The notes below the pieces were generated by a model. It worked only from the letters and a program-made list of their open reading frames with translations. It had not been told where the DNA came from and searched no databases. From NCBI GenBank assembly GCA_964511495.1, contig CAZEFT010000002.1, positions 67,112-131,111 of the forward strand: a DNA stretch of 64,000 bases, given 5' to 3'. Positions within the stretch are counted from its first letter, which is position 1, and the number at the start of each line of letters is the position of its first letter. A program made the position numbers and the translations under genes. The DNA comes from an uncultured Algimonas sp. Lineage in GTDB: Bacteria > Pseudomonadota > Alphaproteobacteria > Caulobacterales > Maricaulaceae. Shown one piece after another: positions 20,025 to 31,965 of the stretch.

Positions 20025-20963
20025 ATGCCGAATGTAAGACGACAATCGACGCTTAAAGCTCCTGCCGTTTGTGCGGGTGTGGCGCTTCATGGTGGGAATC
20101 ATACTCGCCTTGTGATGCGCCCTGCGCCTATCAATACGGGATTAGTATTTGTCCGCACCGATATCACTGACCGTGACAATCGTATTATTGTGAGTCCCGA
20201 TGCCGTTTGTAATGTGCGTAATTGTACGACGATTTCTAATGCGGCTCAGGCTAAAATCTCAACGATAGAGCATTTAATGGCGGCCTTAGCTGCGGTAGGT
20301 ATCGATAACCTCTATTTGGAATTGGACGGGCAGGAATTACCGGCCTTGGACGGTTCGGCAGAGCCTTTTTTGAAGCTGATTGAGCAAGTCGGCTTTATCC
20401 GCCAGGAAGCTCCTCGGCGTTATGTCGAGGTTTTAAAACCCGTTGAAGTTCGTAGAGGTGAAGCATTTGCCCGTATGGCCCCAGCCAAAAAAATGTCGCT
20501 TAATGTTTCAATCGATTTCGAAGATAAAGCCATCGGGCAACAATCCGTCGAGATTGTCCCGAATGTCAGAGCTTTTCGTGAAAGGTTGGCTTCGGCTCGG
20601 ACTTTTGCCCGTCTCCACGAGGTTGCGGCGCTTCAAGCGGCGGGCTTATCCAAAGGTGGCTCAATGGATAATGCGATTATCGTTGACGGCGATAAGGTGT
20701 TGAACCCGGATGGTTTACGCTTTGCGGATGAATTTGTACGGCATAAGGCGCTGGATCTCTTAGGGGATCTCTATTTAGGGGGGCCTATTTTGGGCCGTGT
20801 TGAAACCCATGCCTCTGGCCACGGTCTGAATCATGATTTGTTGACCGCCCTTTTTGCACAAGCGGATGCTTGGCGTTTTGTCTCTCTTTACGAGAAAACC
20901 GGACAAACACGGTTGGAATCGGGCTTTGAAACGGCTGAGTCACTGCAAAGCATGAGCGCCTGA
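20025..20963 (+). CDS. lpxC: UDP-3-O-acyl-N-acetylglucosamine deacetylase
   Basis: GVALHGG, STIEHLMAAL, FVRHKALDLLGDLYL, HASGH. Confidence 0.95.
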   Translation: MPNVRRQSTLKAPAVCAGVALHGGNHTRLVMRPAPINTGLVFVRTDITDRDNRIIVSPDAVCNVRNCTTISNAAQAKISTIEHLMAALAAVGIDNLYLELDGQELPALDGSAEPFLKLIEQVGFIRQEAPRRYVEVLKPVEVRRGEAFARMAPAKKMSLNVSIDFEDKAIGQQSVEIVPNVRAFRERLASARTFARLHEVAALQAAGLSKGGSMDNAIIVDGDKVLNPDGLRFADEFVRHKALDLLGDLYLGGPILGRVETHASGHGLNHDLLTALFAQADAWRFVSLYEKTGQTRLESGFETAESLQSMSA

Positions 20964-20997
20964 ACATTTTCTCACTTTCCGCCGCGCAGTCCATCCT

Positions 20998-21012
20998 TTA
21001 AGAGACGCTTAA
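20998..21012 (+). promoter_or_regulatory. Perfect TTAA-N7-TTAA (CtrA-type) box upstream of bamD
   Basis: TTAAgagacgcTTAA in the lpxC-bamD spacer, about 80 nt upstream of the proposed bamD start. Confidence 0.35.
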
Positions 21013-21091
21013 AGAATACATAAGGGCTGTCAGAATCAGGCCTTAATTGCGGATAGGCTCTATGGCTTCACAACTTTATTTTACGCAGATA

Positions 21092-21922
21092 ATGCGCTTT
21101 GCTCTGATCGGGATGATGGCCTTCATGATTTCCGGTTGCTCTCTTTTGGGCGGCAAGGATAAGAAAGAGCGTCTGGCCTATATCGAACGCCCGGCGGAAC
21201 TGATCTATAACGAAGCTTTGGATCGTGTAGAACGTAACGATTGGGATCGGGCTAAGCTTTATTTTCAAGAGGTTGAGCGCCAGCATCCTTTCTCCAAATG
21301 GGCGCGCCGCGCCATGTTAATGAGCGCTTATGCCTCTTACCGGACAGCGGATTACGAAGAAAGCATTGCCACAGCGCAGCGTTTTATCAGCCTTCACCCC
21401 GGTAATGAGAGTACGCCCTACGCCTATTACCTTGTGGCGATTAACTATTATGACCAGATTTATGATGTCGGACGAGACCAAGCGACCACAGTGAGTGCGG
21501 AGGCCGCTTTGCAACAAGTTGTCCGACGTTACCCCGAAAGTGATTATGCGCGAGATGCTCGTCTTAAACTAGAGCTAACCCAAGATCATTTGGCGGGTAA
21601 AGAAATGGCGATTGGTCGCTATTATCTCAAAGAAAATCAACAACTTGCGGCGATTGGGCGGTTTAAAAACGTGGTCAAGAACTTTGAAACCACATCGCAA
21701 ACCGAGGAAGCCTTACATCGCTTGGTTGAAGCCTATGTGTCGTTGGGCATTATTAGCGAAGCCAAATTGGTCGGCTCTGTCTTGGGTTATAATTACCCTG
21801 CGAGTGAGTGGTACGAGGATAGCTATAAATTGCTTGAAGGTTATGGCGTTGATCTAGAAGCCGAGCGAAAGAAGAACCGTCGGGACGGTTATTGGCGTCG
21901 CCTGCAAGAGCGTTTGTTCTAA
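21092..21922 (+). CDS. bamD: Outer membrane protein assembly factor BamD (lipoprotein, TPR)
   Basis: Lipoprotein signal MRFALIGMMAFMISGC (lipobox ISGC) and a YfiO/BamD-like TPR body (PFSKWARRAMLMSAY, YPESDYARDA). Start chosen to give a normal signal peptide. Confidence 0.85.
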   Translation: MRFALIGMMAFMISGCSLLGGKDKKERLAYIERPAELIYNEALDRVERNDWDRAKLYFQEVERQHPFSKWARRAMLMSAYASYRTADYEESIATAQRFISLHPGNESTPYAYYLVAINYYDQIYDVGRDQATTVSAEAALQQVVRRYPESDYARDARLKLELTQDHLAGKEMAIGRYYLKENQQLAAIGRFKNVVKNFETTSQTEEALHRLVEAYVSLGIISEAKLVGSVLGYNYPASEWYEDSYKLLEGYGVDLEAERKKNRRDGYWRRLQERLF

Positions 21923-21933
21923 GAGGGAAGCTC

Positions 21934-26122
<4,189 letters not shown>

Positions 26123-26236
26123 CACTGTTCCGCGTTTCTTAAGCGGTCGCGGTCATTTATATATTGCCTTCGAGAGGCTGGGCGGTGGTAGCCTCTTCAT
26201 CAACGCTTTGCGTTCGGATTATCCCCAAAGCGGTAG

Positions 26237-26788
26237 TTAGTTATTAAAGAAATCTGCTGGAAAAATATGTGCTGGATCAAAAGCTGTAACAATACCAGTT
26301 GCATAGAAAAAATGCGGGCCGCTTATACATTCGCATGTAGCTCCGGGAATTTTGCACGCTGCTGGTATTTTCTTGGTGCTACGTTTATTTTCATTTGTTA
26401 CCAAGCAATAGCCATAATGAGAAGCCACAGCGATGAGCCATGGGTCGGCTGGATCGCTGGTTGTTCCTCCGGTTTGAGGCCATAAATGTGCTGCTTGGTC
26501 ACTTATTAGCGTGATTTTTGCTGCTACCTCTGCGCAATATTGATCTTCTGTTTTAATTTCCAATAGTTTTTTATGGGGCAATATTTCAGTTTTTAAGATG
26601 GGGTCGTGTTTCATTTCTTTGAACACTTGGCGCACGGTCTTTACATAGCCTGCTTTTGCAAGATTCAAAATACCAGCGAATAATATGGGCGCGTCATCGC
26701 GACTTTTGATGCTCATAAAAACATCTGAATCGATTAGGTAGACTTTTTCACTACTAGACAAGCGATAAAGCTTTGTGCTTATCGACAT
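26237..26788 (-). CDS. DUF4411 family PIN-like nuclease (putative effector/toxin)
   Basis: Hallmarks VYLIDSDVF (first acidic residue), VFKEM, ADPWLIAVA, LVTNE, KIPAACK..C. The start is ATG 26788 or TTG 26761; either overlaps the upstream gene's stop at 26754-26756. Low GC: 37 G+C in nt 26241-26340 by hand count. Confidence 0.75.
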   Translation of the reverse strand: MSISTKLYRLSSSEKVYLIDSDVFMSIKSRDDAPILFAGILNLAKAGYVKTVRQVFKEMKHDPILKTEILPHKKLLEIKTEDQYCAEVAAKITLISDQAAHLWPQTGGTTSDPADPWLIAVASHYGYCLVTNENKRSTKKIPAACKIPGATCECISGPHFFYATGIVTAFDPAHIFPADFFNN

Positions 26789-27893
26789 ATTCCGACACCT
26801 TGCCGAAATGTTTGCCATTGATGCTTAGATATTCTTCTGCATTGGATTTTGAAATCGCGCCGCGTTGATAAGCCTCAAAAATAGCGCCCGTGTAAGCATT
26901 GCCAAGTTCAGAAAGTGTATTAGCGATACCGTCGCCTCCCTTACCTTGCTTGCGAGGTGTATATCCAGAATGCCAGCTAAATTTTCTGGAAAAGCCCTTT
27001 GGCGCGAGGCCTAACCCTTCAAGTCTTAGTGCCAAAGCAATTCGACTGACTTTGAGACGTGAGGCCCAATGTTTGATTTGTTTTTCTTCCCAATCAACAG
27101 GAGAATTAGGCCATATTTTGATAAGTAACCGTAGGGTATCACGTGGCATTAAAATGGCGGCAGCAAATTTATTACAATAAGCTTCGACTTTGTTCCGGTT
27201 ATCCAAGTCGGACAGACCGGGTTCTCCTATGAGTAAATGGCAATATTCGTGTAAAAGTGTGAAAGTTCGAGCTACTTTAAACGGTTCTGATTTATTAATA
27301 ACGATTATTGGGTTTGATCCCACATGATTAAGAGTAAATCCGCGGCAATCTGTTAGCGGGAACTTTTTGATAAATACTGGTACACCTTGGCTTTCCAAGA
27401 GTGCCCGCCATCTATTAAAGGCTTCATTGCTTTTCCAAGATATGGGGATGTCAGCAGATAGACCCAAGCGTTCACGTTCTCTTTTAGCAACCGTTTCGGG
27501 GTCTGTATCCATAGAGTAGCGAGGAATATTGACATCGGGATATTCATCATCCTCATTTGAGACGATGTCTAAGACTCTTCGAAAATTGTCAACTGCGCTA
27601 AATGCAACACTAAACTCAAAACTATGTTTTGGTATACCGCCTTCGATAGTCCTAAAATCATTTGGTAGATTAGGAACCTCGGGTGGCTTCTTCATAAACA
27701 GAGTTGCTTGGGGCAATCTATACTTTGTCGCAATCTCTTCAAATAGCGATAAAGATGGCAATTCTTCACCTGTTTCCAAAGCTTCTAATTTTTTAGGATC
27801 AATATTAAGGCGTTCAGCAGCGTCAGCTCGGGATAATGACCGAAACTCTCTGGCCCAAACCAAAACATCTTTTTGGACAGGAATAAGACTCAT
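26754..27893 (-). CDS. XRE-family HTH fused to an ImmA/IrrE (COG2856, M78) zinc metallopeptidase domain
   Basis: N-terminal HTH LSRADAAERLNIDPKKLEALETGEELPSL. Central HExxH zinc motif in TLLHEYCHLLIGE. About 130-aa C-terminal extension. Start taken at ATG 27893 (the ORF-track TTG at 27938 is possible). Confidence 0.85.
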   Translation of the reverse strand: MSLIPVQKDVLVWAREFRSLSRADAAERLNIDPKKLEALETGEELPSLSLFEEIATKYRLPQATLFMKKPPEVPNLPNDFRTIEGGIPKHSFEFSVAFSAVDNFRRVLDIVSNEDDEYPDVNIPRYSMDTDPETVAKRERERLGLSADIPISWKSNEAFNRWRALLESQGVPVFIKKFPLTDCRGFTLNHVGSNPIIVINKSEPFKVARTFTLLHEYCHLLIGEPGLSDLDNRNKVEAYCNKFAAAILMPRDTLRLLIKIWPNSPVDWEEKQIKHWASRLKVSRIALALRLEGLGLAPKGFSRKFSWHSGYTPRKQGKGGDGIANTLSELGNAYTGAIFEAYQRGAISKSNAEEYLSINGKHFGKVSEYVDKHKALSLV

Positions 27894-28452
27894 GCAGTTA
27901 TGCTCATAATTGTAAACACTACGCTTACTATTGGGCAAATATCAACATATATTGAAAATTTCTAACGTCCGCTATGCCCCGAAAGCAGAATGATCCTCAC
28001 TTAGCATTTCAAAACCCTCAATAAATTCAGTCTGTTGTGAGAAAATCGAGAGAATGATCCACGGTCTGTGAAACTGTGTCATATTAGGTTTGTTCTTTTC
28101 ACAGGGCAGATCGAGTGCGCATTGACTTGTTTGGTGGAAAGATAGTGTTTGTCATTGAGGAAGCGTGAGTAATGCCGCGTGAAATCTTTGGCTCAGCGTG
28201 TTGCTGATCAGTCGGATCGCGAGATCCGGTTCGGCCGCTGATGGAAAAAGACACTACTGCGGTGCTTCGCTTTGACCCTCAATCGAGGTGAGGAGTGGGG
28301 TTGTAAAAAATCACACTAGACACATGGTTCCCACCTTCAACTCCACAACACCGCAGACAGCCCATTTTTTCCAAGACTGAACTGAAACGAAACTGAAACG
28401 AACAAGCGAAAGATAAAAAGATAAGAAACGAAGACAGAGAGAAACAAAGACA

Positions 28453-28785
28453 TTGAGCCGAAGACCATCATCAAAAACATACAACGTCAAAAAACGAAGG
28501 CGAAAGTTACGCGCCTTACAAATCGAGGCGAAAATTCACGCTTTGAAATCAGCGCGTAAACCCGCAGTGCCAAAGCCCATATCCGAACGTGAAAAGCATT
28601 TGTTAAAAGCCGTGATGGATGCGCGGCGGGCGGCCTATTTTGAATGTCTCGAACTTGAATTAGTCAATCATCAACGCGCGATGACAGGTTTGCCACCGCT
28701 GAAATCCGTACCCCCCGATACGCCGCAAGCGCGTAAAATCATGCGGATGGAACGAGAGATGATGGGCATATTGGAGCGGCTTTGA
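28453..28785 (+). CDS. Hypothetical basic protein (coding status uncertain)
   Basis: 110-aa ORF whose only upstream start is a TTG; the first ATG is at codon 55. Lys/Arg-rich N-terminus KKRRRKLR. No recognisable domain. Preceded by a purine-rich tract. Confidence 0.3.
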   Translation: MSRRPSSKTYNVKKRRRKLRALQIEAKIHALKSARKPAVPKPISEREKHLLKAVMDARRAAYFECLELELVNHQRAMTGLPPLKSVPPDTPQARKIMRMEREMMGILERL

Positions 28786-28865
28786 AATGAACAAAAGAGT
28801 GTAAAGCTTTCCAGTGACGTGGGAGCCTCCTTACTAACGCGCTTCGCGCGCCGCGTTCGGATGGA

Positions 28866-30692
28866 CTATAACGGCGCGCAAGCTTGTTTTAGCCATTCCA
28901 AGACCTCCCCCTCCAATCGGGGGCCGATGTCTTTGAGAACTTGGGCATGATAGCTATTGACGTAATGTTTTTCAGCGAGGCTCAATAGGTCTAAATCAAT
29001 CAGGTCTCTGTGAATGGGGGCGAAGGTGAGGGTTTCGAAACCCATCATCGGGCGTTCTCCGCCAGAAATGTTTTGCCCTTCCGTCACATATTGCAGATTT
29101 TCAATGCGAATGCCGTATTCCCCGGCTTTGTAATATCCGGGCTCGTTGGAGACAATCATACCGGGGCGCAGAGCGACGGAATTGGCCGCTTTGGAAATGC
29201 GTTGCGGGCCTTCATGGACGCCGAGGAACACGCCAACGCCGTGACCTGTGCCGTGGTCATAATCCAACCCGGCCGCCCAAAGCGGCGCGCGCGCGAAGCT
29301 GTCTAGCGCGGGTCCGGTCGTCCCTTCGGGGAAGCGGATTGTGGCCAAAGCAATATGCCCCTGTAAGACGCGCGTGAAGCGATCGCGCATTTCATCACTG
29401 GGGGTACCGATAGGAACCGTTCGGGTAATATCCGTTGTGCCGTCCTGATATTGGCCGCCACTATCAACCAGATAAAGCGAGTTCTTTTCGAGTTTTAGGC
29501 TCGTCGCGACTGACACGCGATAATGGCACAAAGCCCCGTTGGAGGCTGCCCCTGAAATGGTCTCGAAGCTTAAATCTTTCAGCCCGTCATATTCACGGCG
29601 AAACAGCTCTAATTTTGTGGCCGCTTCAATCTCGTCATACTCGCCGGATTGGGCATCGGTATCAAGCCAATGCAGAAATTTGGTGATCGCGACGGCGTCA
29701 CGTCGATGCGCTTCGGCGGACCCTTCGAGCTCGGCTTTGTTTTTACAGGCTTTAGGAAGAGCGACTGGATCCATGGCTTTTTTGATTTTAGCCCCCGCTG
29801 TTTCCGCCGTTTCGAAATGCCAAGCCGATGTTGTGTTGGGGTCCATCATGACGGTTTTGCCCGAGAGGTTTTTCAGCGCCCCTTCGAGATCTTCTTCTTT
29901 ATGGATAGAGATTTCATTGCCCAAATGTTGACTGACCTCAGAGGAAAGTTTTTGAGCATTGACGAAGAAATCCACATGGCCGGTATTGTGAATAATGGCC
30001 GTCGACAAAGGGAGAGGTGTGCATTGCACATCGCCGCCACGGATGTTGAGCAGCCACGCAATCGAGGCCGGTGCCGTGATCAGAGCCGAGTCTGCGCGTT
30101 TGGCTTTCAGGGCTTCGGCAATCTCCTGCCGTTTTTCATGGTGGCTTTTTCCGGCCAAGGCTTCGGGTTGAATTTGAATGGGTTCGAGCGGAGCTGGTGG
30201 GCGGTCTGTCCACGCAACATCAATCGGATTTGGCGACAGAGCCACGGCTTGCCCGCCTGCGTTTTCAATAGCCTCAATCAATTTGGCGAGGGCGGCAGGG
30301 CTGTGTAATTTCGGGTCAAACCCGATTGTCTGACCGTCTTTGACAGTGTGACGCAACCAGTGTGCAACGCCGGCATTTTCAAGGTCTTCATAGCTGAACA
30401 AGTCACCATCGACCTGTTGGCGGACTTGGATTGTGTATCGCCCATCGGTGAAAATTGCGGCGCTGTCCTGCATCACCACTCCGGCTCCGGCTGACCCGGT
30501 AAAGCCGCTCACCCATTGCAGGCGATCTGTAGATTCGGGTAAATATTCGTTCTGATATTCGTCTTCATGGGGGACGATGAAACCATCCAAGTTCTGCGCT
30601 TTTAATGCGGCCTGTAAGGTCGGGAGGTTTTGACGTCCTAATTCTGGGCCGCCTTTAACATCGAAATTTTGGAAGAGAGTAATATCATTCAT
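28866..30692 (-). CDS. pepP: Xaa-Pro aminopeptidase (aminopeptidase P, M24B)
   Basis: 608 aa with N-terminal creatinase-like domains. Pita-bread metal ligands DSGGQY..DITRT, HGTGHGVG, SNEPGYY, IRIEN. Confidence 0.9.
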   Translation of the reverse strand: MNDITLFQNFDVKGGPELGRQNLPTLQAALKAQNLDGFIVPHEDEYQNEYLPESTDRLQWVSGFTGSAGAGVVMQDSAAIFTDGRYTIQVRQQVDGDLFSYEDLENAGVAHWLRHTVKDGQTIGFDPKLHSPAALAKLIEAIENAGGQAVALSPNPIDVAWTDRPPAPLEPIQIQPEALAGKSHHEKRQEIAEALKAKRADSALITAPASIAWLLNIRGGDVQCTPLPLSTAIIHNTGHVDFFVNAQKLSSEVSQHLGNEISIHKEEDLEGALKNLSGKTVMMDPNTTSAWHFETAETAGAKIKKAMDPVALPKACKNKAELEGSAEAHRRDAVAITKFLHWLDTDAQSGEYDEIEAATKLELFRREYDGLKDLSFETISGAASNGALCHYRVSVATSLKLEKNSLYLVDSGGQYQDGTTDITRTVPIGTPSDEMRDRFTRVLQGHIALATIRFPEGTTGPALDSFARAPLWAAGLDYDHGTGHGVGVFLGVHEGPQRISKAANSVALRPGMIVSNEPGYYKAGEYGIRIENLQYVTEGQNISGGERPMMGFETLTFAPIHRDLIDLDLLSLAEKHYVNSYHAQVLKDIGPRLEGEVLEWLKQACAPL

Positions 30693-31097
30693 AACGGGAA
30701 GGCACTTTCGCTTTTGGCAAGGGGCTAACAGCTAGACTCTACTTAGGCAATCGATGGGCTGAAGGGAAGGGGTGGCTTAATACGAGGCCAATCTCTTAAC
30801 GAATGGTTTTCGCGAGCTTTGCAATTTTGCATAGCTGTTCCAATCAAGCTGGCTATACCCAAAAATGACAGACCACACTATATGCGTGTTGTCGTCACAG
30901 AGGCGGCATAACGTCAGTAATGGTAGAAAAGCAATGACCACCGAATTTAACGGAACAGAATTTACAACAATGGACAACCGGACTTTCCGTCCGACATTTG
31001 AAGGCGCGCAAGCCCGTCGCCCTCAAGCTGATTTTACGACAGGCAGCTTAATCTCGCGTCGCAATGCGCGCCGTGACCGCCGCGCCAATCGCGCGCT

Positions 31098-31958
31098 TTA
31101 AGGTTTAACCGCCAGAAGTGACGTCCACTCATCCAAAGTGATTTTGGGCGTCACCTCAAAGCCTGCGGCCTCAAAGGTCGCCGCTACCGTTTCGGCCTGT
31201 TCGGTGAGGATGCCGGAGAGAATGACATGACCGCCGGATTGGGCGGCGGCGTAGATATCTGCCGCTAAGCCCATAAGTGGCCCTGCCAGAATATTGGCAA
31301 AGATTAACTCAAATTGTCGACCCGAGAGTTCTGCTGCTTCAAATCCATCTGCTTGAAATGCTTTAACTGCGTTTGAAACCTGATTGAGGTGCGCATTTTC
31401 ATCTGTCACATCTATCGCATCTTTGTCGATATCACTGGCCAGAATTTCGCTCTTCGGTAAAGCCTTAGCTGCGGCGATGGCCAAGATTCCTGCTCCGCAC
31501 CCCAAATCGAGAATTGTCTCGGGCGTGTGGCCTGATTGAAGCAGCGTATCAAAAATAATCAAACAGCCCTTGGTCGTGCCGTGATGGCCCGTGCCGAAAG
31601 CCATGCCTGCATCTATCAAAATGGGGAATTCCGTTTCTGAAGGAATATTGTCTGTGTCATGTGACCCATGGACGAAAAATCGACCGGCGTGAACGGGGGC
31701 GAGCCCCGACTGAGTCTGTGCGACCCAATCTTGATCTTCGAGAGGGGTGACATCTCCTCCGACAGTTTTTTGAGCAGATCGGGCTTCGCTCTCTGTCGCA
31801 TAAAGCGCTTGTACGGTCATATGGGCTTGGCCCTGCCCTTGCGGCTCGATGAGAGAGACAGCGAGGGCGTCTTGGGCGTTGAGAAAGCCCAGCTTTTCAG
31901 CAATCTCGAAAGCCTTTTCAGACGGTGCATCCACGGAAACTTGCCAGACAGCACTCAT
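31098..31958 (-). CDS. prmA: Ribosomal protein L11 methyltransferase
   Basis: GMAFGTGHHGTT, SAM motif LDLGCGAGILAIAA, ASDID, ANIL. Start taken at MSAVWQV (31958) to avoid overlapping the upstream gene. Confidence 0.9.
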   Translation of the reverse strand: MSAVWQVSVDAPSEKAFEIAEKLGFLNAQDALAVSLIEPQGQGQAHMTVQALYATESEARSAQKTVGGDVTPLEDQDWVAQTQSGLAPVHAGRFFVHGSHDTDNIPSETEFPILIDAGMAFGTGHHGTTKGCLIIFDTLLQSGHTPETILDLGCGAGILAIAAAKALPKSEILASDIDKDAIDVTDENAHLNQVSNAVKAFQADGFEAAELSGRQFELIFANILAGPLMGLAADIYAAAQSGGHVILSGILTEQAETVAATFEAAGFEVTPKITLDEWTSLLAVKP

Positions 31959-31965
31959 AACGGCT

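Noticed and set aside
28212-28240. GGTTCGG-containing hairpin region examined as a possible tRNA/att remnant at the island edge
   Set aside because: No T-arm or acceptor structure, and no match to the tmRNA 3' end, could be drawn. It is only a short palindrome.
29649-30308. 219-aa plus-strand ORF opposite pepP
   Set aside because: It is antisense to a full-length M24B aminopeptidase with all metal ligands, and its composition is that of a shadow frame.
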